DNA of 64,000 nucleotides from Gammaproteobacteria bacterium (lineage in GTDB: Bacteria; Pseudomonadota; Gammaproteobacteria; SZUA-229), in the NCBI GenBank assembly GCA_036567985.1, contig DATCTK010000089.1, forward strand, positions 29,375-93,374. Direction: 5' to 3'. Numbering within the stretch: position 1 is the first letter of the stretch; each line of letters opens with the position of its first letter. The notes under the pieces were generated by a model, which ran no database searches, had not been told where the DNA came from, and was given only the letters and a program-made list of their open reading frames with translations. Below are positions 9,781 through 19,837 of this stretch, piece by piece. The position numbers were made by a program, and so were the translations under genes.

Positions 9781-11401
9781 GCTGATGCTCCTGCTGAGGA
9801 CTGTCGGGGCGCATACCATTAGGGTCGTTTTGCTCCGGCATTAACATCGCATCGTGGTTCATCCCATCACGCTGACTGTGATCCATTTCAGCCGGCATGG
9901 CATCGTCAGCTGACTCCTGATCCGGGATATGCACCTGGGTCAGCTGGTAATTTCCGTCACTGTCCCTGCTGATCTGCACATGCAGGCGCATTCCCGCTTT
10001 GAGTGCGTCCATGTCCACGCCCTCATCAACAGTAAAGTCCATGGTCATCGCCGGCCACTGCCAGTCTGCTATCGCCTCGTGCTCAAGCGTAACCATGCGA
10101 TGCCCCGGCATCAGCTCATTGATTTGCGCACCCACCCAGACTGAACGCGGGCCAGCGTCTGCTCCCGCAGCGCTCGATTTTTCGCCTTGCGAGCCACGCG
10201 GGGCCATACGCTTGAAGTCCGACGTCTTGCTGGACTCCGAGTCGATCAGGAACTGTGCAGAGGTCACAATGCGTTCCCCCTCGTTGAGGCCCGAGCGGAT
10301 TTCCACCTGATCCTCACCCACGCGCCCGATCTTTACCGCCAGCGATTTAAATTGACCATCACCCAGCGCCAGCACTACCCGCGACTGGCTGCCGGTACGA
10401 ATCAATGCTTCGCGTGGTATTAACAGCGCTTTATCCCCCGGCCGGGTTTCAATAATCATCTGCGCGAACATACCCGGCTTCAGAAAAGCATCCGGATTAT
10501 CAAAATACACACGAACCTGCGCGGTGCGGGTCTTCTCGTTTAACGACGGATAGATATAATTCACCTCTCCCTGCCATTCACGGCCGGGCAGATAATCCAG
10601 CCACATGCGCACCTTATCGCCTTCTCTGACCCGATCCACCTGACGCTCGAAGACTTCTCCGATCACCCAGATGTGTTCCAGCTGCCCAATGCTCATCATA
10701 TTCATGCCAGGCTTAACATACATGCCCTCACGAACCGTGAGATTGTCCACTACCCCCGAACGGGGTGCGGCAACGGTGATGGTCTGATTAACTTTGCGGG
10801 TTTTGCGTAAGCGCTCGATATCCGCCCGCGGTACTTGCAGCGACAACAGGCGTTCCACCGCCGCGCTAATTAGCAAAGCATTGCCGCGCTTCAAGGCCAA
10901 CAGTAATTCCTCCTGGGCATTGACCAGAGTGGGTGAATAGAGTGCGTACAACGGCTTCCCCTGCGTCACCGGATCACCCACCGATTTGACGTAGAGTTTT
11001 TCAATCCAGCCTTCCACCCTGGGATGCATGTGAGTCAGGCGGTCTTCATCGTACTGCACATAGCCTACGGTTTTGACATCAAGGTCGAGCCGTCCAGATT
11101 CCACCCTGGCGGTGCGAACACCGAGATTGTTGATGACCTCGGGCGAGATTTTAACGGTACCGACTTCATCATTCCCGGCACCGTCCGCATAAACCGGAAT
11201 CAGGTCCATGCCCATGGGCGATTTGCCGGGTTCATCGCGCTGGTAGTTGGGATCCATAGGTGCCACCCAGTAAAGCGGCTTGCGTTCACCGCCGTTTGCT
11301 GTCGCGCCCTGTTCATTTGAGCTGCTCAACAACCAGACAGCGGATGCGCCGAGCAGCGCACCAATAGCCACGCCCAGTATAGTTTTGCTCAATGTATTCA
11401 T
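9773..11401 (-). CDS. cusB: RND periplasmic adaptor (CusB/SilB-like) with a C-terminal CusF-like metallochaperone domain
   Basis: 542 aa. The MFP core runs up to ...QFLIDSESS. A ~150-aa extension follows with VWVGAQINELMPGHRMVTLEHEAIADWQWPAMTMDFTV (CusF-like H/M/M/W pattern) and a His/Met-rich tail. Confidence 0.85.
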   Translation of the reverse strand: MNTLSKTILGVAIGALLGASAVWLLSSSNEQGATANGGERKPLYWVAPMDPNYQRDEPGKSPMGMDLIPVYADGAGNDEVGTVKISPEVINNLGVRTARVESGRLDLDVKTVGYVQYDEDRLTHMHPRVEGWIEKLYVKSVGDPVTQGKPLYALYSPTLVNAQEELLLALKRGNALLISAAVERLLSLQVPRADIERLRKTRKVNQTITVAAPRSGVVDNLTVREGMYVKPGMNMMSIGQLEHIWVIGEVFERQVDRVREGDKVRMWLDYLPGREWQGEVNYIYPSLNEKTRTAQVRVYFDNPDAFLKPGMFAQMIIETRPGDKALLIPREALIRTGSQSRVVLALGDGQFKSLAVKIGRVGEDQVEIRSGLNEGERIVTSAQFLIDSESSKTSDFKRMAPRGSQGEKSSAAGADAGPRSVWVGAQINELMPGHRMVTLEHEAIADWQWPAMTMDFTVDEGVDMDALKAGMRLHVQISRDSDGNYQLTQVHIPDQESADDAMPAEMDHSQRDGMNHDAMLMPEQNDPNGMRPDSPQQEHQHD

Positions 11402-11413
11402 ACTTGAATTCCT

Positions 11414-12754
11414 TTAAAACGTTTCTACCGACTGCGCATCGTCAGGCGATACCTGGGCAAGCAGGTAATTGATCTGAGAAATAATTTTCTGTCGCTCCAC
11501 GGCGATATCAAGCGCATCAATTTTGGCATTCAACTCGGCAATACGCGCCCTCACAGCTTCAGCGAAGTCGCCGTCGTCATTGTTGTATGCTGTCAGTGAT
11601 GCGCTTGCCTGCTCCACCATCTGTGGCAGCAGCTGCTCGGTATAAAGTATCTGGCGCTCTTCCAGACGTTCCAGTTGTACACGCGCGGTTTCCAGTTCTG
11701 CCATCAACTGGCGGGCAAGCAACTGCTTTTCTGTTTTGATGACTTCGCTTCGGTTAACGGCGGCACTCACTTCCCTGTCCTGCCGGTTAGCGGTGAAAAC
11801 GGGCAAATCAAACGTCACACCAATAGAAAACAGATCGGCTCTGTCTCGCCCCAGTGGATCACTGTCGCGGTAGCCGTATTGAGCTGTCAGGCCCCATTCG
11901 GGTTTGTATTTCTGCTTCGCCAGATCAACGCCGGTTTCCGTTGCGTCGATACGCTGATCCAGTGCGCGCAAAGCGGGATGATGGCGGATTGATTCATATA
12001 AATTTTGCGTGCTGGCTGTTTCAGTGGATGGAGATGTCAACGATCTCACAGGAGAGATCGTTGGCAAAACTGGTGCGATGGTTGTTGTGGCAGGCGCTCC
12101 AATCCATTCAGACAGACGTTGCTGTGCAGACTGCTGTTTTTGCCTGAGCACTGTCAGGCGATCAGACAGCCGAGTCAGCTCGAGCTGCGCACGGATCACA
12201 TCATGCTGGCGCACTCGGCCCAGCGCCGATGAATAACTGGCTTCGGTGACGTCCACCAGTTGTTCGAAAAGGACACGATCCTGCTCGATCAGCCGGATAG
12301 TTTCCTGTGCCTTATAGGCTTCGAGCCACAACTGGGTGACCGTGGCGGTTACGCGGGCGCGACGGTTCATTCGCAGCAGAGGATGCTGCTCTGCAAGCTG
12401 CCGCTTTTGTTGCTGAGTGAGCGACAGGCTGTCACCCCGGGGGAACATCTGTGAGATACCTACCGATAACTGGGTCATGGCTTCCTGGTTGATATCGAAA
12501 GTGTCTACCGGAAAATTACCAGCCATCAGACTTATTCGTGGATCAGGTAAAGTCGCTGCAGCGCTCGCCTCATCAGTAAGCGCCTGCTGGGTATACTGGC
12601 TACCGCTAAGCCAGGGATCGGCATGCGTGGCTAAAGTGACTGCCTGTTCCAGAGTCAGGACTTCAGGAAGAGATTGTGCAACGGCCACTGCACTGCCCAT
12701 AGTAAGCAGCGGGGTGAGCGGCAGAATAAAAAACATTGTGATGAAAATTCTCAT
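11414..12754 (-). CDS. cusC: outer-membrane factor (TolC/CusC family) of the RND efflux system
   Basis: 446 aa. Signal peptide, OMF-type repeats. It overlaps the downstream cusB operon and the upstream copG by ATGA. Confidence 0.85.
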   Translation of the reverse strand: MRIFITMFFILPLTPLLTMGSAVAVAQSLPEVLTLEQAVTLATHADPWLSGSQYTQQALTDEASAAATLPDPRISLMAGNFPVDTFDINQEAMTQLSVGISQMFPRGDSLSLTQQQKRQLAEQHPLLRMNRRARVTATVTQLWLEAYKAQETIRLIEQDRVLFEQLVDVTEASYSSALGRVRQHDVIRAQLELTRLSDRLTVLRQKQQSAQQRLSEWIGAPATTTIAPVLPTISPVRSLTSPSTETASTQNLYESIRHHPALRALDQRIDATETGVDLAKQKYKPEWGLTAQYGYRDSDPLGRDRADLFSIGVTFDLPVFTANRQDREVSAAVNRSEVIKTEKQLLARQLMAELETARVQLERLEERQILYTEQLLPQMVEQASASLTAYNNDDGDFAEAVRARIAELNAKIDALDIAVERQKIISQINYLLAQVSPDDAQSVETF

Positions 12755-13287
12755 GGCTGCACTTCCTGTTGATTAAATGGCTGATGTTGCTGAGCCACGC
12801 TTTGCACACTAGCAAACACGTCTGTGCGTCCATCTTTTTTTATCAGCAAAACCTGGTAAGGCATAAACTTATCCTGGTACTCCATCCCCGGACTACCAAC
12901 GGGCATGGACGGCACTGTCAGCCCTATAGCGTCAGCAGGTGGACTAGCCAGAAACTGATGAATATAACGAGCAGGGATATGTCCCTCAAAGATATAACCT
13001 TGTGACGACACGGCTGTATGACAAGAACGCTGGTTATTCGCTATTTGATAACGATCCTTGATGGCGTCAAGATTTGCCGGATGCTCGGCACCTGCTTGTA
13101 AGCCCTCTGCTTCGATGTGATCTATCCATTTCTTACAACAGCCACAGGCTGGGGTCTTGTAGACCGTAAGCATTTCTGCATCACCGGCAGTTTGTTCAGA
13201 TGCCTGAAGTGTTTGCGATACACTGTTACAGGCTACAAGCAAGGGGATCAACGCTGGCACCAAACCCGTTAATTTAAACCGATGCAT
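12751..13287 (-). CDS. copG: DUF411 / CopG-family periplasmic copper-binding protein
   Basis: Trimmed to ATG at 13285-13287 (MHRFKLTGLVPALIPLLVAC..., preceded by a GGAGGT RBS). It has the CGCC motif (TPACGCCKKW) characteristic of DUF411. Confidence 0.75.
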   Translation of the reverse strand: MHRFKLTGLVPALIPLLVACNSVSQTLQASEQTAGDAEMLTVYKTPACGCCKKWIDHIEAEGLQAGAEHPANLDAIKDRYQIANNQRSCHTAVSSQGYIFEGHIPARYIHQFLASPPADAIGLTVPSMPVGSPGMEYQDKFMPYQVLLIKKDGRTDVFASVQSVAQQHQPFNQQEVQP

Positions 13288-13473
13288 GGTTACCTCCAGA
13301 AACATATAGTTTGCATGCTTGAGGGTTCGATAGCAGATTGACAGATTTATTTCTGACAACCACAGACCGGTGTTTAGTTGTCAGCATGCCTAACACACAA
13401 TGGTTGTAAGTGAACCGTTCAGGCGCATGGTTTATTCGACTACCCACCACAGTTTTGCCTTCAGTATCAGTCA

Positions 13474-14814
13474 TCAGTGCTGCTCATGAGTATTGCTCTC
13501 ATGCTCGACTTTTCTTGAGTGTAAAAATAACAGTTCACCAATCGCAATCAGCAGCATTGCAATAACAGCGACACCAATAACAAATGGATCGGAATTAAGC
13601 TTCACCCAGATAAACCCAGCCAGTACCAGCAAGTTTAAAATAATTGCCGTAAACGGAACCCAACGACTGGCCTGAACATCGTGTAGCAGGTAACGCAATA
13701 CGCCCCACTGTAATGCCACATCCATTATCAGATAGAAGATAATACCCAGCGCAGCGATGCGGGACAGGTCGAAAAACGCAGTAAGCAGCAGACCCAGCAC
13801 TACGGTATAAACTAGTGTGTGTTTCTGAACGCTGCCTGGCATACCAAAGTGTCTATGCGGCACCAGCTTCATTTCTGACAACATCGCCAGCATTCTGGAC
13901 ACTGCAAAAATACTGGCAATAATTCCCCCTGCAGTTGCCATCATGGCAATCGCCACTGTGAACCAGACGCCGTACTCGCCAAGCGCAGGTCGAGCAGCTG
14001 CCGCCAGTGAATAATCACGGGTCTCAATAATCTCACTAAGGGAAAGATTACCGGCGACGGTAAAGCCGACCAGCATGTAGATAACAACACAGGCAGCGAT
14101 TGAAATAACAATGGCCCGACCAACATTGCGACGCGGATCGATTATCTCAGATCCACTATTAGTAATAGTAGTAAAACCCTTGAATGCCAGAATACCAAGT
14201 GCTGTAGCACCGAGAAAGCTGCCGACGACACCACTGTTTTGCTGGGAGCTGAAATTAACTGTAACACCATCAATCAGACTGACACCCACCAGGCCAAAAA
14301 CCAGTATGCCGCCGATTTTCAATATACCAATGAAGCCCGCGACTCTCTGGATCGACCGATTACCTAGCAGATTTATAACGAACGCGGTCAGAATAAGCGC
14401 CACACCCAGCACCGGCACCATCAGGCCAGACTCATCACCGCCAAATAATTGCATGGTATAGGCACCGAATGTACGGGCTAGAAAACTTTGTGCAATCACC
14501 ATTGAGAAGTACATTAACAACGCATTGAATGCGGTAGGCAATCGATCACCATAAGCCTTGTAAAGATACATGCCTATGCCACCCGCAGATGGATAAGTGT
14601 TAGAAATTTTGATGTAGGAATAAGCGCTAAAAGACACAATTACAGCGGCAGCCAGAAAAGCCAGCGGAAACAACACGCCTGTCATTTCAGCCATCTGACC
14701 TGTCAGGGCAAAAATACCGGCGCCAATCATGACCCCGGTACCCAGCATAACTGTACCTGCCAGAGTCAGGCTTCCCTCTGCATAGCTCGTTTTATGATCT
14801 TGTTGTTGCGTCAT
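13474..14814 (-). CDS. APC-family amino acid permease
   Basis: 446 aa, about 12 TM segments, with the typical APC N-terminal glycine-rich TM1 (GAGIFALTG). Confidence 0.75.
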   Translation of the reverse strand: MTQQQDHKTSYAEGSLTLAGTVMLGTGVMIGAGIFALTGQMAEMTGVLFPLAFLAAAVIVSFSAYSYIKISNTYPSAGGIGMYLYKAYGDRLPTAFNALLMYFSMVIAQSFLARTFGAYTMQLFGGDESGLMVPVLGVALILTAFVINLLGNRSIQRVAGFIGILKIGGILVFGLVGVSLIDGVTVNFSSQQNSGVVGSFLGATALGILAFKGFTTITNSGSEIIDPRRNVGRAIVISIAACVVIYMLVGFTVAGNLSLSEIIETRDYSLAAAARPALGEYGVWFTVAIAMMATAGGIIASIFAVSRMLAMLSEMKLVPHRHFGMPGSVQKHTLVYTVVLGLLLTAFFDLSRIAALGIIFYLIMDVALQWGVLRYLLHDVQASRWVPFTAIILNLLVLAGFIWVKLNSDPFVIGVAVIAMLLIAIGELLFLHSRKVEHESNTHEQH

Positions 14815-14953
14815 GCTATTCCTTAATTTTCACTTCGATGCAGTGACGACATGAAGACGGATTAAGCAGCTAAAGGTTACTGGCACTCTCACCCAGGTAA
14901 CCCCGCTGTTGTTTTATGGTTATCTAACATAAGTTTTCTTCAATAACCGATCC

Positions 14954-15514
14954 TCAATGATGACCAGAATCACCCACATCGCGTACGCTCAGTATCTGGT
15001 ATTGCGGCGACGATAACTCTGGCAGACGCTGCAAGAAAGCCACCATATTCCAGATGCGCTCATCATCATGGCCCGCACCCCAGGCAGGCATACCTGACGC
15101 CTTGATACCGTGCTTGATAATCCAGAAATGCTTCCGCGCTCGCACGCTGACATCCTCCTGATGATTTTCGGTTTGGGTGAGGTCTGGTGGCTGTGGATAA
15201 AGTCCCAGGGTAAAGTCGCTCTGAGTCACGCCCGGTTTTAGATGGCAACCAACGCACATATCATTGTAATCTGCACCACCAGCCAACAACCGCTCGGCCG
15301 AAGCCAAATCGGTTGGCACCTGAATGTCGCTTGATGCGCGAGCAATGGATCGCTCACGCAAGGTTTCCAGCGCCCAATATGTCAGGTCGTTATGATGATC
15401 ATCGGCACCCATCGGATAAAAGCCTGAAAAGAGGAACCCCACACCAGTCACCACCGCCACGCTCGCTGCAGCGACAAGACACTTAAAACAGGACAGAATT
15501 TTAAAGAACGCCAT
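14954..15514 (-). CDS. c-type cytochrome (class I-like)
   Basis: 186 aa. N-terminal TM/signal segment and a CVGCH haem-binding motif. Confidence 0.65.
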   Translation of the reverse strand: MAFFKILSCFKCLVAAASVAVVTGVGFLFSGFYPMGADDHHNDLTYWALETLRERSIARASSDIQVPTDLASAERLLAGGADYNDMCVGCHLKPGVTQSDFTLGLYPQPPDLTQTENHQEDVSVRARKHFWIIKHGIKASGMPAWGAGHDDERIWNMVAFLQRLPELSSPQYQILSVRDVGDSGHH

Positions 15515-15546
15515 GTTATCTCCTGAGATATCGCGACCTGTTATTT

Positions 15547-15822
15547 TTAGTGCTGGTGCCTGGAGAGCTTTGTTGCAGCTGTTTTATCGTCATGCGAGTC
15601 CCCCTCGTTCTGACGCATGGCTTTCATACATTTTTTCATCATGGCCTGCGTCAGCGGATCATCCATGTTCATTTTTGAGTGATCCATATCTTCCATCATC
15701 GAACAGTCTGGCGCCGATGCCTGCGCCTCTTTCATGTGTTTGTCGGGGGAATGCGCGTGAGCTGACAGAGCAAGCATTAATGCCGGCAGAGCAACGAGAT
15801 AAGAGCGTATTTGTGGTTTCAT
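15547..15822 (-). CDS. small secreted His/Met-rich protein, a candidate periplasmic copper chaperone
   Basis: 91 aa. Signal peptide, then HAHSPDKHMKE...CSMMEDMDHSKMNMDD...MMKKCMKAM...SRHQH. RBS AGGA lies upstream. Confidence 0.5.
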   Translation of the reverse strand: MKPQIRSYLVALPALMLALSAHAHSPDKHMKEAQASAPDCSMMEDMDHSKMNMDDPLTQAMMKKCMKAMRQNEGDSHDDKTAATKLSRHQH

Positions 15823-15967
15823 GGTGTGTTTCCTAAAAGCTGTTCAAAGCATAAATAAATCAATTACAATCTGCGCCGTACCCCGGCAACAATGGCCGAA
15901 ACACGACCTGCTGCACTCAGTTATTGCACAGATTAACCTGCCCCCCCTGTCAGGCAGATGACCAATA

Positions 15968-15984
15968 CATTACAAAGATGTCAT
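15968..15984. promoter_or_regulatory. CusR/CopR-type copper-box-like palindrome in the divergent promoter between the cytochrome operon and cusRS
   Basis: CATTACAAAGATGTCAT. Its reverse complement ATGACATCTTTGTAATG matches the ATGACAAnnTTGTCAT CusR-box consensus at 12 of 14 positions. It lies ~70 bp upstream of cusR. An outer ATTACA...TGTAAT inverted repeat also spans 15969-15994. Confidence 0.45.
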
Positions 15985-16051
15985 CCTGGTGTAATCTTGC
16001 TGTAGGGAATGTCCCGCTAAACTGATACACACTGTAATAAGCGAGGCATCT

Positions 16052-16744
16052 ATGCGATTACTGCTGGTGGAAGACGAAATTAAAACTGGCGACTACTTGC
16101 GACAAGGTCTAACTGAAGCCGGCTTCCAGGCAACCCTGGTTAGAAATGGACTAGATGGTCACCACCTGGCAATGACCGAGTCATTCGATCTGATTGTGCT
16201 GGATGTCATGCTGCCCGACGTGGATGGCTGGCGCATAGTGCAGTCACTGAGGGAAGCCGAAAACCAGACACCCGTGTTGTTTCTGACCGCGCGTGACAGC
16301 GTGGATGATCGCGTCAAGGGGCTGGAGTTAGGAGCGGATGACTATCTGGTAAAGCCCTTTGCTTTTGCTGAGTTACTGGCGCGAGTGCGCACTCTGTTGC
16401 GTCGAGGATCGGCCCCACCTCTGACGGATCAGCTCAGAGTGGCCAACCTCACCCTGGATTTACCCAGGCATCAAGTGACACGCGCCGGCCGGAAAATCAG
16501 CCTCAGTCATAAGGAATTCTGCCTACTGGAACTGCTGGTGCGACGTCAGGGTGAAGTGTTGCCACGTTCACTGATCGCCTCTCAGGTGTGGGACATGAAT
16601 TTTGACTCCGATACCAACGTGATCGACGTCGCCATCCGTCGCCTACGCGCCAAAATTGACGACAACTTCAAACCCAGGCTGATCCATACGGTACGCGGCA
16701 TGGGTTACAAGCTCGACGCAGAAGCTGACAATGAAAACAACTGA
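16052..16744 (+). CDS. cusR: OmpR-family heavy-metal response regulator
   Basis: 230 aa. REC domain (LLVEDE..., [14 protein letters not shown]), then a winged-helix output domain. It pairs with the downstream kinase. Confidence 0.88.
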   Translation: MRLLLVEDEIKTGDYLRQGLTEAGFQATLVRNGLDGHHLAMTESFDLIVLDVMLPDVDGWRIVQSLREAENQTPVLFLTARDSVDDRVKGLELGADDYLVKPFAFAELLARVRTLLRRGSAPPLTDQLRVANLTLDLPRHQVTRAGRKISLSHKEFCLLELLVRRQGEVLPRSLIASQVWDMNFDSDTNVIDVAIRRLRAKIDDNFKPRLIHTVRGMGYKLDAEADNENN

Positions 16745-18137
16745 GCGTCACCCACTTTCACTGACCGCCAGGGTGATGATTTTTGTCGCACTGGCCATCG
16801 GTATCAGCATGGTGCTGATTGGCCATCTGGTATTGAATGCTGTTGAGCGCCATTTCACCGAACAGGACGCGGACGAGCTGAACGTGATTAACCAGGCTGT
16901 GGTGGAGACCTTGCAGAGTATGGATGACCCACTGCAGCAACCAGAAGCTCTGTCTAATGCGGTCTCGGGACACCACGGCGTTTATTTTCAGGTATTGAAC
17001 AACCGTGACCGGGTTATCTTCAGTACGCCAGGCGCAGACTTCGCACAATCCGCCGCAGGATTATCCGCGGTTCAGAAAATTCACGCTGGAAACGTGAATA
17101 TCTGGCACACAGATAGAACAACCTACCGGGGCGTCGTCACACAGTTTGTCAGTGGCGATCAGGAATACCGAATTACCACAGCCATCGACATGAACTTTCA
17201 CCTGCATTTTCTGCAGGAATTTCGCCGCAGCCTGTGGCTTATTATGATACTCACTGGCGGCGTGACTCTGCTGGCAGCATGGTTCGGCGTGCATCAGGGA
17301 CACGCACCTTTACGAGGTCTATCGGACAAACTGCGTAATATTCAGGCAGATCGTCTACATGTGCGGCTTGACCTCCGCAGCCTGCCCCTGGAGCTACAGG
17401 ATATGGCCACAGCGTTTAATCAGATGATCGGCCGACTGGAAGACAGCTTCACGCGGCTGTCACATTTTTCCGCTGACATTGCCCACGAACTGCGAACCCC
17501 ACTGACGAATCTCATCACCCAGACCCAGGTTGCATTGGGTAAAGCAAGAACACTGGACGAGTACCGTGAGCTCCTCTACTCCAATCTGGAGGAACAGGAG
17601 CGTCTGGCCAAGATGGTCAATGATATGCTCTGGCTGGCCAAGAACGACCATGGCCTTATCAAACCGGAGCTGGTAGCCCTGGATCTGTCTAGTGAGCTTA
17701 AGAAACTGTTCGAGTTTTTTGAAGCGCTAGTAGCGGAAAAGCATATTACCCTGTCCCTGGAAGGACATGCGCCAGCGGTAAGCGGTGATCGCGCGATGAT
17801 GCGTCGGGCGATCTCAAACCTGCTGTCAAATGCCATCCGTCACACCCCGGCAGGTGAGCAGATACAGGTGCGCCTAAATCTAACAAGCAATAATATGGTG
17901 TCGCTGAGCGTGGCCAACCCGGGTGCCGAAATACCCGCAGAGCAGCTGAAACACATATTTGACCGCTTTTACCGTGCAGACCCGTCAAGAACACGCCAGA
18001 GTGAGGGTGCTGGACTCGGCTTAGCGATTGTTCGCTCCATTGTTGAGGCACACGGTGGACGTGTCGATGCAAGATCGAATCGACACATCACCACATTCAC
18101 AATCACGCTGCCCAGCTCAAAAAGTGAAAGTAACTGA
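16731..18137 (+). CDS. cusS: heavy-metal sensor histidine kinase
   Basis: 468 aa. Two TM segments flank a periplasmic domain, then HAMP, an H-box ([12 protein letters not shown]) and a HATPase domain. It overlaps cusR by 14 nt. Confidence 0.88.
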   Translation: MKTTERHPLSLTARVMIFVALAIGISMVLIGHLVLNAVERHFTEQDADELNVINQAVVETLQSMDDPLQQPEALSNAVSGHHGVYFQVLNNRDRVIFSTPGADFAQSAAGLSAVQKIHAGNVNIWHTDRTTYRGVVTQFVSGDQEYRITTAIDMNFHLHFLQEFRRSLWLIMILTGGVTLLAAWFGVHQGHAPLRGLSDKLRNIQADRLHVRLDLRSLPLELQDMATAFNQMIGRLEDSFTRLSHFSADIAHELRTPLTNLITQTQVALGKARTLDEYRELLYSNLEEQERLAKMVNDMLWLAKNDHGLIKPELVALDLSSELKKLFEFFEALVAEKHITLSLEGHAPAVSGDRAMMRRAISNLLSNAIRHTPAGEQIQVRLNLTSNNMVSLSVANPGAEIPAEQLKHIFDRFYRADPSRTRQSEGAGLGLAIVRSIVEAHGGRVDARSNRHITTFTITLPSSKSESN

Positions 18138-18301
18138 ATATTAAATTTTGTTCTTGTTAGGCTGACCACATTATCACCACCCGTTATTCTCTGTAAGAAT
18201 TGTGCAATGTGCAGCCAATCGCAAATAGCACTTATACATCACTTTAAAGACAAGCCACGTAATAAGTTATTGTTTATATTGTAAATATTTGATTATTTTT
18301 T

Positions 18302-18328
18302 GAGGTTCAAGTCCTCTTCTCGGCACCA
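18302..18328 (+). other. tRNA 3'-end fragment (T-arm, acceptor and CCA), a putative genomic-island attachment-site remnant
   Basis: GAGGTTCAAGTCCTCTTCTCGGCACCA reads as a T-loop GGTTCAAGTCC plus acceptor 3' strand and CCA. The upstream sequence is AT-rich and cannot form the rest of a tRNA. It sits in a 940-bp non-coding gap between the copper island and the TA/helicase module. Confidence 0.5.
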
Positions 18329-19049
18329 TCACTTCTTAACTCACTGATTCCATTAAAAACAGTAGCTTACGACACTCTTTTGGGTACATTCGTGGGATAC
18401 ACCAGCCGTTTTTTAGAATCACCCTTTGTGAGTAAAAAATCCAGTTTAGCGTTTCATGGCAACTCATCGATTCACGGCATAACGAGTACTTCGCCCTCCA
18501 CCGGGCAATTGCCTGAGACAGCATTTACTCAGCAGATCAGCCCGGTCACGTGTGGTCGTTGCCTTAGTCACATCAGCAATGCTCTGGTATTTTCAGACAT
18601 TAATCCCTGGTAGCAAGGCATCTCCTTCAGCTACCAGCAGTCAATTGAGTACTTTTATCTGGCGCGCGCTTAAAACAGTCTGACCAGGCTATTGCCAGAA
18701 ATCTTTTTATCGATTACACGTTGTATCGACTCTGCCCTCGCCGAATCGCTTTCGTTAATACGGGTAAAAACCCGGCAAGCCGCTGTGTACAGCGAATCGT
18801 TACAGACTCCCGTCTGGGCTTATGTTCATTGAGCTGATAATTAAAATCAGGCTAACTGGATGCTTGCCATAGCTACATAACAGCCTGCTAACGGTTGATT
18901 TGGGCGATTGGACGATTAACAGCTTTTAATCGACTCATAAGCAAATAAGCGAGCTCTATAAAACCTGTCATTAATTTTATAATCACCAAAAGAGTCAAAT
19001 ATGATCTGAGGCTCAATTATATTGATTCTCCTGTATATTTTAGTTGAAA

Positions 19050-19068
19050 TAGTCCCATTATGGGACTA
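19050..19068. promoter_or_regulatory. perfect 19-bp palindrome, a candidate HigA operator just upstream of higB
   Basis: TAGTCCCAT-T-ATGGGACTA ends 12 bp before the higB ATG. Confidence 0.5.
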
Positions 19069-19079
19069 TCATCAACCTT

Positions 19080-19385
19080 ATGAGAATCATCGCCTTATCA
19101 ACACTGAAGGCTTTTTGGGAAAGACATCCAGAGTATATGGATGCTAAAGAACCAACTTTAGCCTGGTACCGCCATACATTAGCTGCCGACTGGAGTGCAC
19201 CTGCTGATGTTAAACAGGACTTCAAAAATGCCAGCATCCTTAAAGATGGGCGTGTAGTTTTCAATATTGCGGGGAATAAATATCGTCTGGTCGTGTGGAT
19301 CAACTATGCCTATCGAGTGACTTACATCCGGTTCATCGGTACCCATGCGCAATATGAAAAATTCGTCAGGAACGAATTTTCATGA
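19080..19385 (+). CDS. higB: type II toxin-antitoxin system toxin, HigB family (RelE/ParE superfamily)
   Basis: 101 aa. NIAGNKYRLVVWINYAYRVTYIRFIGTHAQYEKF resembles E. coli HigB (…NVGGNELRVVAMVFF…CYIREVMTHKEYD). The toxin gene comes first, as in higBA. Confidence 0.75.
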   Translation: MRIIALSTLKAFWERHPEYMDAKEPTLAWYRHTLAADWSAPADVKQDFKNASILKDGRVVFNIAGNKYRLVVWINYAYRVTYIRFIGTHAQYEKFVRNEFS

Positions 19386-19468
19386 GCAGAGCGAGCCCGA
19401 AGGGAGAGGCTCATGGACGAGCCGAATACAAAATTGATGTACAAACTATTTAATTGCCGGAGGAAACT

Positions 19469-19837
19469 ATGGACATCAAACCAATTAAAACTGATGCTGA
19501 CTACCGAGCGGCATTAAAAGACATTGAAGGTCTGATGACAGCAGGTGTTGACACACCTGAAGGGGAAAAGCTCGACGTTATGGCCACCCTCATTGAGGCC
19601 TATGAAGCGAAGCATTTTCCAATGGATTTACCCGACCCTGTTGAAGCCATCAAATTTGAGATGGAGCGTAAAGGCTTAACAGTAAAAGACCTTGAGCCCA
19701 TGATTGGTAAAAGCAATCGTGTGTATGAGATTCTCAACCATAAGCGCTCACTGACGCTGAAAATGATCTGGAAGCTACATAAAGGATTGGGCATTCCTGC
19801 GGAGTCGTTGATTAAACCACCGCAAGCGCATGCTTAA
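19469..19837 (+). CDS. higA: HigA antitoxin, an XRE-type HTH protein
   Basis: Start trimmed to the ATG preceded by a GGAGGAAACT RBS. C-terminal HTH (LTVKDLEPMIGKSNRVYEILNHKRSLTLKMIWKLHKGLGIP). Confidence 0.75.
   Translation: MDIKPIKTDADYRAALKDIEGLMTAGVDTPEGEKLDVMATLIEAYEAKHFPMDLPDPVEAIKFEMERKGLTVKDLEPMIGKSNRVYEILNHKRSLTLKMIWKLHKGLGIPAESLIKPPQAHA

Noticed and set aside
13288-13473. CTGACAAC...GTTGTCAG inverted repeat upstream of copG, considered as a second CusR box
   Set aside because: The half-site spacing (17 bp) does not fit the 2-bp-spaced CusR/CopR box. Without a PWM scan it is not distinguishable from chance.
18380-18613. 77-aa ORF in the 940-bp non-coding gap
   Set aside because: No RBS, low-complexity Ser/Thr-rich translation, and it lies in AT-rich presumably decayed DNA next to the tRNA remnant. 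Most likely not a gene.
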